Shown here in pieces: positions 24,513-33,745 of a stretch of DNA of 64,000 nucleotides. Below the pieces are notes generated by a model. The model made no database searches, was not told where the DNA came from, and was given only the letters and a program-made list of their open reading frames with translations. The first letter of the stretch is position 1, and every line of letters starts with the position of its first letter. Made by a program: the position numbers and the translations under genes. Location of the stretch: the NCBI GenBank assembly GCA_041671325.1, contig JBAZBR010000002.1:9978-73977 (forward strand), given 5' to 3'. Source of the stretch: Patescibacteria group bacterium. Its GTDB lineage: Bacteria > Patescibacteriota > Patescibacteriia > PEXW01.

Positions 24513-25727
24513 TTACCTGGTAATAACCCTTCGGAAAGTCGGAACGGCTATGGCAATCATGACTAAGCCGAAGATGGACAAGATTAACACTTCAGTCCAA
24601 ACCGAACTTAAGCCCGCCCCCAAAACAATTACTTTGCGCAAAGCCGTGGCTTCATAAGTCAAGGGAATGGCTTTTGAGATGTATTGCATGACGTGCGGCA
24701 TTTGTTGGATGGGGAAGAAAGTGCCGGAGAGGAACATCATGGGGAATTGCAAAGTCATCATGATGCTCATGGCTGTTTCTTGGGCCGTGGCCACTGCCGA
24801 AACCAAAATACCAATGCCCATAAAGGCAAAGACGCCTAAAAATAAAAGTAAAATCATGACCAGCCAATTGCCATAAACATGCACGCCGAATATCAGGATT
24901 GCCAAGAGCAGGACAATCATGCCTTGGACCATGCCGCGGGCAGTTTGGGCAAAGGCTTTGCCTAAGATAATTGATAAGCGCGAGATTGGCGCGATCAATA
25001 AGCCATCCATCGTGCCCGATTCCTTTTCCCTGGAAACCGAAACAGCCAAGCCAGTCATAACCGACATCATAACGATTAGCGCCATAATGCCAGGAGCAAT
25101 GAACTGGAAGTAGTTAGTTTTACCCGGAATCAAATTATCAATTTTGGATTGGATGGGCTGGATGATTGTTGCCGGATCCAAATTTGCCATTTGCGGATTG
25201 ACTTTACCCGTGAGCTTGATAATCTCCCCAATCTTGGTTTCAGCAACACCGGTGGACATGCTATTGACTACCTGCTGAATCATTTGTGTCAGGATGGAAG
25301 AAATTTGCGGATTAGATTGGTCGGGGATGATGCTAATCTCGGCAGTTGTATTGTTTAGAACATTTTGGGAAAAGTCCGCTGGAATGAAAATGCCGCCATT
25401 AATTTTTTGGTCTTTTATAGCTTTTTTAATTGCTTCATTGTCAGGATAAATTTTGATGGTAAAAACTTTTTCATCGTTGGAGATTTTCATGTCTGAAAAA
25501 ACCTGGACTAAAGTTTGGCTAATTTGCCCCTGGTCCTGGTTGGCAATGCCCATGGGGATGTTTTTTAGGGAGTTTTCCGAGGGGTAAATGAAACCAGTCA
25601 TGATCATCATAAAAACCGGCATGATTATAAAGAATATTAATTGCATCCGGTCTCGGGAAAAATCAACCAAGTCTTTAGAAGCGATCCGCAAGCTGTCTTT
25701 AAGGGTCGTAAAAAAATTATTTTTCAT
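24513..25727 (-). CDS. ABC-2 family transporter permease
   Basis: 404 aa. N-terminal TM, large extracytoplasmic loop, C-terminal 5 TM bundle typical of ABC-2. Confidence 0.75.
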   Translation of the reverse strand: MKNNFFTTLKDSLRIASKDLVDFSRDRMQLIFFIIMPVFMMIMTGFIYPSENSLKNIPMGIANQDQGQISQTLVQVFSDMKISNDEKVFTIKIYPDNEAIKKAIKDQKINGGIFIPADFSQNVLNNTTAEISIIPDQSNPQISSILTQMIQQVVNSMSTGVAETKIGEIIKLTGKVNPQMANLDPATIIQPIQSKIDNLIPGKTNYFQFIAPGIMALIVMMSVMTGLAVSVSREKESGTMDGLLIAPISRLSIILGKAFAQTARGMVQGMIVLLLAILIFGVHVYGNWLVMILLLFLGVFAFMGIGILVSAVATAQETAMSIMMTLQFPMMFLSGTFFPIQQMPHVMQYISKAIPLTYEATALRKVIVLGAGLSSVWTEVLILSIFGLVMIAIAVPTFRRVITR

Positions 25728-25740
25728 ATTAAGTTAGTGG

Positions 25741-26547
25741 TTATCGGACTCGGGATTTTGCCCCAAATATATGGTCGCTAACAGAAGAAACATCTCCGTG
25801 GGTTTCTTCACGCATGTCCCGGCCAGTTAAAGCCAGGAAAACATCTTCCAAGCTGGCGTTTGGTTTCTGATTGGCTTTTTTTAGATTAGCGGGCGTGTCA
25901 ACCGCGATTATTCTGCCGTGGTCAATTATGGCGATAGTATCCGAAAGTTCATCAGCTTCAGGCATGATATGGGTGGTTAAAATCACAGTAACGCCGTGAG
26001 CATGGAGATCTTTGATAAAATCCCTAATCGAACGGGAAGTTTGCGGATCCAGGCCTAAAGTCGGTTCGTCCAGAAACATCACTTCTGGCTCGGTTAAAAG
26101 CGCCCGGGCAATATTAACCCTTTGCTTCATGCCCGTGGAAAAAGTCCCGACCATTTTATCTTGCCATTTATCCATTTCCAGGGTTGTTAACCATTTTTCC
26201 GCGCGTTCTTGAGCCGTGCTTTTGGGAATATGGTAAAGCTTGCCGAAAAATTTCAAGTTTTCTAACGCAGTCAGGCGATCATAAAGAATTATTTTTTCAG
26301 CCACCAAACCAATATGTTCTCGGACGTCGCCAGCCTGGGTTGTAATATTATGCCCGGCAACAAAGGCTTGGCCAGAAGTCGGTCGGATTAAAGTGGTTAA
26401 CATGCGAATGGTGGTGGATTTGCCCGCACCGTTCGGCCCTAAAAAACCGAAGATTTCGCCTTTTTTTACCTTGAAGCTGATGTTGTCTACAGCCGTAAAT
26501 TCTTTGAATTTTTTGGTTAAGTTGCTTACTTCAATGACGTTTTCCAT
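25741..26547 (-). CDS. ABC transporter ATP-binding protein
   Basis: Walker A GPNGAGKST. Signature/Walker B region FLDEPTLGLDP. Q-loop and H-motif present. Confidence 0.85.
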   Translation of the reverse strand: MENVIEVSNLTKKFKEFTAVDNISFKVKKGEIFGFLGPNGAGKSTTIRMLTTLIRPTSGQAFVAGHNITTQAGDVREHIGLVAEKIILYDRLTALENLKFFGKLYHIPKSTAQERAEKWLTTLEMDKWQDKMVGTFSTGMKQRVNIARALLTEPEVMFLDEPTLGLDPQTSRSIRDFIKDLHAHGVTVILTTHIMPEADELSDTIAIIDHGRIIAVDTPANLKKANQKPNASLEDVFLALTGRDMREETHGDVSSVSDHIFGAKSRVR

Positions 26548-26555
26548 ATTTTTTA

Positions 26556-26807
26556 TTAAGCTAATTTACCTTTCATTTGCTGTTTGAACTTGGAAATATT
26601 CTTAGTGAAACTTGAAGCCATTTTTTCCAAAACGCTGTCTAATTCAAAAGCCCGGATGATGTGTATGACTCGGCCATGGCCAAAGAAGATGAATTCCTCG
26701 TTTGGTTTAATATCCAAGGCCTTGCGGGCTTTGGCTGGGATAACAATCTGGCCGCGCTGGCCCATGGTACCAGAGCCGTATATAAACATTTTTGGGGGAT
26801 TAAACAT
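26556..26807 (-). CDS. AbrB/MazE/SpoVT-family swapped-hairpin DNA-binding protein (putative regulator or antitoxin-like) upstream of the ABC exporter
   Basis: GQRGQIVIPAKARKALDIKPNEEF motif. Start taken at an internal Met; the ORF track begins at 26828. Confidence 0.5.
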   Translation of the reverse strand: MFNPPKMFIYGSGTMGQRGQIVIPAKARKALDIKPNEEFIFFGHGRVIHIIRAFELDSVLEKMASSFTKNISKFKQQMKGKLA

Positions 26808-26936
26808 ATATTTTTGCTTTAATAACAAAAATCATACTTTTCATACATTTCATACCTTAGCTTATGCCAAAAATACTGTCAAGCATAGAAATATTGAATA
26901 ATTTACTGTCATAGTCCTAATTGGTAGAATTAATTC

Positions 26937-27395
26937 ATGAAAAAAGAACAAAAAGCCTGGTTTCAGGTTTCGCTTAAGGTTTTATTAGTCAATTCTCGGG
27001 GCAAAATTTTAATTCTTAAAGCTGCTAAGAGTGGCTCATTCCAAGGCTATTATGATTTGCCCGGCGGCAGGATTAATGTTGGGGAAATTAAAAAACCAAT
27101 CGCAGGTTTAATTAGGAGGGAAATAAAAGAAGAAGTTGGAGAAATTAAGTATGAATTACAACCAACGCCTGTCGCCTTTGGCAGACACGTAATACCTGCC
27201 AAGTTCAATTCAAGCAAAAAGCCAATAAATGTCTTTTATGTGTTTTTTATTGCTAAGTATAAAGGCGAGAAAATAAAAATCAGTCGAGAGCATCAGGGTT
27301 TTAAATGGGTCAACTTGAGTAAAATAAAACTTGAAAAATATTTCAAATCAGGGATTTTAGAGGGAGTAAAAAAATATACCTCCTCTCCTATATAG
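26937..27395 (+). CDS. NUDIX hydrolase
   Basis: Nudix box LPGGRINVGE...REIKEEVGE. Confidence 0.75.
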   Translation: MKKEQKAWFQVSLKVLLVNSRGKILILKAAKSGSFQGYYDLPGGRINVGEIKKPIAGLIRREIKEEVGEIKYELQPTPVAFGRHVIPAKFNSSKKPINVFYVFFIAKYKGEKIKISREHQGFKWVNLSKIKLEKYFKSGILEGVKKYTSSPI

Positions 27396-27497
27396 GAGAG
27401 GAGCCCCCGGCCGCGGGGGCAGGTGAGGTTGGCTAATAAACTTACTCATTTTTTTCAGAGTACCCTCACCCCAAACCCTCTCCCAGAGGGAGAGGGG
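27381..27497. repeat. solo GC-rich palindromic repeat cluster (MITE-like)
   Basis: Contains ctctcctatataggagagg, gcccccggccgcgggggc, aggtgaggttgg, ccctcacccc and ccctctcccagagggagaggggg. Confidence 0.6.
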
Positions 27498-27515
27498 GAA
27501 GAAAAGCCGCCTTAT

Positions 27516-27677
27516 TCAGGCGGCTTTGGGCTTTCCTAGGTTTGATAAACCCCGGTAAAGTTTTAGGGCAAGGACCTTGATAAAGTCGCCAGTGATTAGC
27601 GTTAGTAAGTCATAGATTGCCAGTAGGATCAGAATCCCTAAAACCAAGCCGACTGTTTTTAGTGCAATGTCCCACAT
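27516..27677 (-). CDS. small hydrophobic protein (53 aa, MWDIALKTVGLVLGILILLAIYDLL...) not in the ORF track
   Basis: GGGAGGT SD 5 nt upstream of ATG. Stop codon embedded in a terminator-like hairpin (27499-27525). Downstream of comFC on the same strand. Confidence 0.35.
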   Translation of the reverse strand: MWDIALKTVGLVLGILILLAIYDLLTLITGDFIKVLALKLYRGLSNLGKPKAA

Positions 27678-27742
27678 TTTTTACCTCCCCGATTTTTTTG
27701 ATTTTCTAAAGGAATTATAATTTAAATTAGCCTATCAGTCCA

Positions 27743-28399
27743 TTACCCCCTAGCTACGGTAATTCCAATAATCGGCACTTGGCTGAATTTCCGAATCGCC
27801 AAAGCGGCTTCTAAAAAAGTTGAGCCGGTAGTGGTAACATCATCAAGTAAAATTATTCTCTTTGCATTAATATCGCTTTGATAAACAAAAGCTTCTTTAA
27901 GGTTTGTTCGTCTTTCTTCGCCAGTACATTCCACCTGGGGTTTGGTGTTGCGGATTCGCTTGAGGTTTTGATTGGTCGGAATATTAAATTCCCTAGATAA
28001 TTTTTTTGCCATTAACTCGCTTTGGTTAAAGCCGCGTTCCCTTTGGCGGGTCGGGTGCAATGGAATGGGGATTAACTCGTCATCGGGTACGAAAAAATTT
28101 TGTAAGTTTGATATAAGCCATTCAGCCAAGATGTCGCTGACTGAAAAAATCCCGTCATATTTCAAGGCGTGGATTAATTTTTGGACTAAAGGTTCATCAA
28201 AATTCGCCACGGTTACCGTGGTTTGGATTGGCTCGGGCCCGGGCGTGGCCTTTAATTCAATTTTGACTTTGGCTAAACAATCAGCACAAGCAATCATCCC
28301 AATTCTTTTGCAGCCCAAACACCTTAAAGGCGCAATGGCATCCAAGATAAATTTACCGCCTAAATCAAATTGCTGGCGGAATTTTTGGATGATTGCCAT
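27743..28399 (-). CDS. comFC: ComF-family protein (ComFC-like phosphoribosyltransferase-fold competence protein)
   Basis: N-terminal Cys4 (CLGCKR...CADCL). PRTase motif ILLDDVTTTGSTF. Confidence 0.75.
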   Translation of the reverse strand: MAIIQKFRQQFDLGGKFILDAIAPLRCLGCKRIGMIACADCLAKVKIELKATPGPEPIQTTVTVANFDEPLVQKLIHALKYDGIFSVSDILAEWLISNLQNFFVPDDELIPIPLHPTRQRERGFNQSELMAKKLSREFNIPTNQNLKRIRNTKPQVECTGEERRTNLKEAFVYQSDINAKRIILLDDVTTTGSTFLEAALAIRKFSQVPIIGITVARG

Positions 28400-28406
28400 T
28401 AGTTTT

Positions 28407-30887
28407 TTAATTTATGGAAAAACCTGACTTTATGGCATTAACCTTGATAGTCGCGCCTTTTTTAAAGCGGTTTTCCAAAATTCCGCGCGATAAAGGATTT
28501 TCTATTTCCTCTTGAATGACTTTGCGGATAGCCCGGGCGCCTTGTTCTGGGGAAAAACCGATTTCCGCAATCCGGCTGATGGCCGAAGGTGAAATTTTTA
28601 GTTTGTAACCCTGGGCTTCGGCCAGTTTTTGGAGTTCAGTCATATGCAAAAGCACAATTTCCTTGACGTCTTTGGGCGTCAAAGACCGGAAAACAATAAC
28701 CTTATCAATGCGGTTCAAGAATTCTGGCCGGAATTGTTCACGTAATTGCCCAGTTACTTGCTGGCTGATTTCCTGAAATTTTTGTTCCGCCTTTTTCTTT
28801 TCGTCTTTTTCTGCCAGTTCAAAACCAACTTTGGCAGACTGGTTCAAGCTTTGCAAACCGACATTGGAAGTGAAAATGATTATAGTATTTTTGAAATTAA
28901 CCTGCTTGCCCGTGGCATCAGTTAAATGCCCGTCTTCCAATACCTGCAAAAGCAGATTGAAAACATCTGGATGGGCTTTTTCCACCTCATCAAAAAGCAC
29001 CACGGAATATGGCTTGCGGCGGATGGGCTCAGTCAATTTACTGCCTTCTTTGTAACCGACATAGCCAGCTGGGGCGCCAATGAGTTTGGTCACATTAAAG
29101 CTTTCTCCAAACTCGGACATATCAACCCTGACAAGCGCGTTTTCATCTTCAAAAACCTCTCGAGCCAGGACTTTGGCCATTTCGGTTTTGCCTACGCCTG
29201 AAGGCCCCATGAAGATAAATGAGCCAATTGGCCGATTGTGATTTCTTAAGCCCACCCTGGAGCGCCTAATGGCGTCTGCAATGGCTTTAACGGCTTCGGT
29301 TTGGCCGATAATATGCTTTTTGAGGTTTTCTTCCAGGTGTAAAAGCCGGTTTCTTTCTTCGCTGACCAAATCTTTTAAAGGCACGTTAGTGATGCGGTGG
29401 ACTACGTCAGCCACATCAGCGCGGTGAATTGTGGCCAGATTTTTACGGCCCTTTTCCATGGCAATAAAATTTGCCAACTTATTCTTAAGTTTTTCTCCCG
29501 ACATTTTTAAATTTATTGCTTCTTCAAACCTCTCATCCATAACAGCTTCGTTTTTTTGCTTCTCAATTTCCTTCAGCTGGTTTTCCAGCAGCCTTTGTTT
29601 TTTTGCCAAAACCGTGCCGCCAGCCTCAACCTTGCGCTTGGCTGCCGCCTCATCAATCAGGTCAATGGCTTTATCGGGCAAGAATTTGTCCTGCAAATAC
29701 CTTTCTGAAAGCTCAACCGCAGACTCAATCGCCTCATCAGTGATTTTTACGGCATGGAATTTTTCGTAATTAGCCTTTAAGCCTTGGAGGATTTGCTTGG
29801 TTTCATCCAAACTTGGCTCATTAATAATAATCGGTTGGAAGCGGCGTTCCAGGGCCGCGTCAGATTCAATATGCTTGCGGTATTCATCCAAGGTAGTGGC
29901 GCCGATGACGCGCAGTTCGCCCCTGGCTAAGGCTGGTTTCAAAATATTGGCGGCGTCCATAGAGCCTGAAGCCGAACCCGCGCCAATAATGGTGTGGATC
30001 TCATCAATAAAAACAATTATATTTGGGTCAGCCGTGATTTCGTCTATCAGCTGTTTGAGGCGGGATTCAAATTCCCCGCGGTACATGGTGCCAGCCACAA
30101 TCAGCGATAAGTCCAGCCTTAAGATTTTTTTGCCAATTAAGATTTCGGGCACATCGCCATGGATTATTTTTTTGGCCAGCCCTTCCACAATGGCGGTTTT
30201 GCCCACGCCGGGATCGCCCAGCAAGACCGGATTATTTTTTGTCCGGCGTGAAAGGATATGGATGAGCCTTTCCAATTCCTGTTTCCTGCCAATAACCGGG
30301 TCAATTTTAGTTTGCAATTTTTCATCAGTTAAGTCTGTGGCGAAAAAGTCCAAGGCCGGGGTTTTGGAATTCTTTTTCTCGCCAGTTTCATCTTCAGTCT
30401 TTTCTTCTTCAAATAGTTCAGTGATGTCAGGAAATTTGGTGGTGGAACGCAAGACCATGGTCACTTGGCTTAAAATTTCCTCGGGGTTGAAACTTTGTTC
30501 TTTCCACATCCTGGCCATGAACGCGCTTTCAAGTTTTAACAAGCCGTAAAGCAGATGTTCGGTGCCAATGTAACGGTGGTTGAATTTGGCGGCAATGATG
30601 GCGCTCTTTTCAATGGCGGTTTTGCTTTCCGTAGACAAGGTGGGTTTGCTGGCTGCAGTTGGATTGTCCATGCCGCCATCGCGCAGTTGTATGGCTTGGC
30701 GGATGAGATCCAATTTCAGGCCGGTTTTCAGCAAAATTTCATAGGCAATAGAGCCTTTTTGCAAGCCCAAAGCGTACAATAAATGCTCCGGTCCAATGGC
30801 TTTAGCCCGGTTGCCAGCCGCAAAATTCGTGGCCTTGTTCAAAACCTCTTTTAAGTGGGTGGTGAATTTATTCAGAATAGGCGGCAT
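28407..30887 (-). CDS. clpC: Clp-family AAA+ chaperone (ClpC/ClpB-type, two AAA modules, Clp_N repeats)
   Basis: Clp_N domains. Walker A GDPGVGKT and GPSGVGKT. Short inter-domain linker consistent with ClpC length (826 aa). Confidence 0.85.
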   Translation of the reverse strand: MPPILNKFTTHLKEVLNKATNFAAGNRAKAIGPEHLLYALGLQKGSIAYEILLKTGLKLDLIRQAIQLRDGGMDNPTAASKPTLSTESKTAIEKSAIIAAKFNHRYIGTEHLLYGLLKLESAFMARMWKEQSFNPEEILSQVTMVLRSTTKFPDITELFEEEKTEDETGEKKNSKTPALDFFATDLTDEKLQTKIDPVIGRKQELERLIHILSRRTKNNPVLLGDPGVGKTAIVEGLAKKIIHGDVPEILIGKKILRLDLSLIVAGTMYRGEFESRLKQLIDEITADPNIIVFIDEIHTIIGAGSASGSMDAANILKPALARGELRVIGATTLDEYRKHIESDAALERRFQPIIINEPSLDETKQILQGLKANYEKFHAVKITDEAIESAVELSERYLQDKFLPDKAIDLIDEAAAKRKVEAGGTVLAKKQRLLENQLKEIEKQKNEAVMDERFEEAINLKMSGEKLKNKLANFIAMEKGRKNLATIHRADVADVVHRITNVPLKDLVSEERNRLLHLEENLKKHIIGQTEAVKAIADAIRRSRVGLRNHNRPIGSFIFMGPSGVGKTEMAKVLAREVFEDENALVRVDMSEFGESFNVTKLIGAPAGYVGYKEGSKLTEPIRRKPYSVVLFDEVEKAHPDVFNLLLQVLEDGHLTDATGKQVNFKNTIIIFTSNVGLQSLNQSAKVGFELAEKDEKKKAEQKFQEISQQVTGQLREQFRPEFLNRIDKVIVFRSLTPKDVKEIVLLHMTELQKLAEAQGYKLKISPSAISRIAEIGFSPEQGARAIRKVIQEEIENPLSRGILENRFKKGATIKVNAIKSGFSIN

Positions 30888-30957
30888 AGTTGGAAAAATG
30901 TAACATTTTAAGAGTCTTCAGTCAATTATAATTTACATTTATTAAGGTCTGGTTATT

Positions 30958-30995
30958 ACAAAGAAAAAAGGCGCGGTTCCGTGAGGAGGCGCCTT
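30958..30995 (-). terminator. rho-independent terminator for htpX (aaggcgc...gcgcctt followed by a T-run on the minus strand)
   Basis: 7-bp GC-rich stem. TTTTTCTT follows on the minus strand. Confidence 0.45.
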
Positions 30996-31267
30996 TAATA
31001 CAAGAACTATATTAAAGCGCGTTTCAAATGAAGATACATATTACGCGCAAATTTTTATTTTTTGTTTTTCGAGGAAGTAATAAATACTTACTCTACATAA
31101 GCATTATAGCGCAAAAAAAGCTTTTTGTCAAAGGTGGATGGGGAGAAAGAAGAGATAAGGAGATTAGGAGTAGAAGAGCTTGAAGAGAAAGAGGAGCTAA
31201 TGAAGAGCGCTAGAATCAAATGGGAAAAAAGGAGTGAAGTTTTTTTGGCTTTTTTGCTCCCTAGCTC

Positions 31268-32167
31268 TTACATGCTCTTTAAAATTTTAATCCTTTCCTC
31301 AATTGGGGGATGGGTGGAAAAAAGTTTGCCCAAACCTTTGGCATGTACTGCGCCAAAAGGGTTAGCGATAAACAAATGCGCTGTGGCATTGCTGGGCTTG
31401 CGGAGTTTTTCGTCTTGCGTCCCAATTTTTTCCAAAGCCTTGGCCAAGCCTTCGGGATAGCGGGTCAGCTGGGCGCCTGAAGCGTCAGCCAGAAATTCCC
31501 TTTTCCTGGAAACTGCTAGCTGAATTAAGGTTGCGGCAATTGGCGCCAAGATGGAAAGGATAATGCCGATAAGCAAAAAGATCATGCCGATATTCCCACC
31601 GCCTCGGTCGCTGCTGGACCGGCGGCCGCCAAAGAAATTTATCCGGATAAACCAGTTGGCCAGCAAACTGATTATGCCGACCAGGACAGCCACCAAAGTC
31701 ATGAACCGAACATCGTAATTGCCAATATGGGAAAGTTCGTGCGCCAAGACCCCCTCCAATTCCTCGTTTTCCAAATTTTCAATGGCACCTTGGGTTACAG
31801 CCAGAGAAGCATGCTGAGGATCCCGGCCAGTGGCAAAGGCGTTAATCATGACTTCGGGCATAACGTAAACTTTGGGCATGGGCAAGCCCGCAGTGATGCA
31901 CAGATTTTCTATCATTCTTATCAAGTAAGGATTGTCTTCTTTGATGGCTGGAATGGCCCCATTGGTCCAAAGGGCAATTTTGTCCCCGCTATAATAACCG
32001 ATTAAAGTCATGATAACGGAAAAAATAATTGCCAAAATTACATAGGCTGGCCCGGATGCATAAGCGCGACTGAAAACATAAGCCAAGCCGATGATTATAA
32101 TGATGAAAATTCCTATTAAAAAGACACTTCGGCGTTTGTTGGAGGAAATTTGGGTGTAAGTAGTCAT
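31268..32167 (-). CDS. htpX: zinc metalloprotease HtpX (M48 family)
   Basis: HELSHI (HExxH) motif. 4 TM helices. Typical length. Confidence 0.85.
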   Translation of the reverse strand: MTTYTQISSNKRRSVFLIGIFIIIIIGLAYVFSRAYASGPAYVILAIIFSVIMTLIGYYSGDKIALWTNGAIPAIKEDNPYLIRMIENLCITAGLPMPKVYVMPEVMINAFATGRDPQHASLAVTQGAIENLENEELEGVLAHELSHIGNYDVRFMTLVAVLVGIISLLANWFIRINFFGGRRSSSDRGGGNIGMIFLLIGIILSILAPIAATLIQLAVSRKREFLADASGAQLTRYPEGLAKALEKIGTQDEKLRKPSNATAHLFIANPFGAVHAKGLGKLFSTHPPIEERIKILKSM

Positions 32168-32215
32168 AGGGTTTTAGTATATACCAACAACATTAACAAT
32201 ATATACAAGAAGTGA

Positions 32216-32532
32216 ATATATTTTATTCCCTCTCCCTCTGTCCAGGGCTGATTTTGTTTTTCTAATCGTAATATTTTTGGCTAACCTCCCCCAAACCCCC
32301 TCCTTGGTAAGGAGGGGAAGGCTGGTTCTTAAACTCCTCCCCTTGCCAAGGGGAGGGTTTGGGTGGGGTCACAATTCTCGCGATAACTGAGGAAATTCCG
32401 ATTACGTAAATAGAACCACAATTTCAATTCATGGGGGTTCAGTAATTTCCTTTGTTTCCTGGCAAGAGGAGTAATTTTTTTCATGCTTGCTAACCTCACC
32501 CTCAATCCCTCTCCTTTATAGGAGAGGGAGGG
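32216..32532. repeat. cluster of related GC-rich palindromes between lemA and htpX
   Basis: Contains ccccctccttggtaaggagggg, cctccccttgccaaggggagg, ggtgggg and cctcaccctcaatccctctcctttataggagagggaggg. Confidence 0.55.
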
Positions 32533-32573
32533 TTGTTTGGTTATTTAGCTGACTATCACCAACTTGCTAATTA

Positions 32574-33128
32574 CTAAAATTTAACCTCGACCGGGTTCTT
32601 GGCAGCCTCTTCAGCCAGTTCAAAGAACTCACGTTTTTGGAAGTGGAAGGTTGAAGCAATCATATTGGTCGGGAAGGTCTCGATCTTGATGTTCAAGTCC
32701 CGGACATTGCCATTATAGAACCTGCGGGCGGCCTGGATTTTGTTTTCCGTATCGGAAAGTTCGTCCTGGAGCTTGGCAAAGTTTTCATTGGCTTTTAAAA
32801 TCGGGTAATTTTCCGCTACTGCAAAAAGGGATTTCAAGGTGTCAGTCAGCATGTTTTCGGCTTTGGCTTTGTCTGCCATGCCATTGGCGCCCATGGCTGC
32901 GGCCCGCGCCTGGGTGACTTTTTCAAATAATTCCCGTTCGTGGGTGGCATAGCCCTTGACCGTGTTCACCAAATTCGGGATCAGGTCATATCTCCTTTTT
33001 AATTGCACATCAATGTCTGACCAGGCTTCCTGGGTCTGGTTCTTGAGTTTGACCAAGTGGTTATAAGTTGCCCAAAGCCAGAGAATGGCAATGGCAATTA
33101 TCGCGATGATTATATAAATTATGGCCAT
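32574..33128 (-). CDS. lemA: LemA family protein
   Basis: N-terminal TM plus conserved LemA core (RYDLIPNLV...). Adjacent to htpX, as is common. Confidence 0.8.
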   Translation of the reverse strand: MAIIYIIIAIIAIAILWLWATYNHLVKLKNQTQEAWSDIDVQLKRRYDLIPNLVNTVKGYATHERELFEKVTQARAAAMGANGMADKAKAENMLTDTLKSLFAVAENYPILKANENFAKLQDELSDTENKIQAARRFYNGNVRDLNIKIETFPTNMIASTFHFQKREFFELAEEAAKNPVEVKF

Positions 33129-33157
33129 AAGTTTTTAAATTATTTAAGAATTATTTT

Positions 33158-33667
33158 TTAAGGATAGATTAGCATGCTGACTTTTTGCGCATTTACCGTG
33201 TCAGCGCTGGTGTCTTTGGTCAAGATGACGACATTCAAACCGACCTTGAGGTCGCTTTGTTTAATGGCGACGCCATCGCCAAAGCCGTTTTTGGGAATGG
33301 AGCGAAAATCCAGTTTCCGGATAAGCGTGTCTTTGGAAATATTCGCGGTCAAAGTCCGGGCGGTTTCACCAGAGGCGATCTGGATTTCTACGCTGTCTTT
33401 TGAAACTTTGGTGATTTTTCCGGAAATGGCAATGGTCTCCGGTTTTGTTGAAGTTCCGGTATTGCTGTTTAAGGCCGTTGAATTGGAATTTTTTGAAGAG
33501 CTCGAACCGGTTTCAGAATTATTTTTGCCATACCAAAAACCTGCAAAAGCGAAAATCGCCAACAAAAGGAAAACCGCGATAGTGGCGATAATAGCGCGTT
33601 GCTGGGGGGTTTGAAAATTTGATTTTGTTGCAACCATATTTTTATTGTTTACCTTGATTTTGGACAA
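33158..33667 (-). CDS. hypothetical bitopic membrane protein with Ser/Thr/Asn-rich linker
   Basis: 169-aa ORF with a TM helix at aa ~27-47. Confidence 0.45.
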   Translation of the reverse strand: MSKIKVNNKNMVATKSNFQTPQQRAIIATIAVFLLLAIFAFAGFWYGKNNSETGSSSSKNSNSTALNSNTGTSTKPETIAISGKITKVSKDSVEIQIASGETARTLTANISKDTLIRKLDFRSIPKNGFGDGVAIKQSDLKVGLNVVILTKDTSADTVNAQKVSMLIYP

Positions 33668-33745
33668 TACCTTTTGGATATTGTATAATAACTATTGCCC
33701 AGTATAGTTGAAAACGGGTAAATCCGCAAATAAACTAATAAAAAT

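Noticed and set aside
24424-24876. Small + strand ORFs 24424-24657 and 24667-24876 at the 3' end of the ABC-2 permease gene
   Set aside because: Antisense to the permease C-terminal TM region, with no start context.
31125-31260. Purine-rich (GA) tract and the 111-aa ORF 31125-31460
   Set aside because: - The ORF is antisense to the htpX 3' region with no RBS.
- The GA tract is probably just the pyrimidine-rich upstream region of clpC on the minus strand.
- A CtsR-box-like heptad was looked for upstream of clpC and only weak partial matches (GTCAAAGGTGG) were seen.
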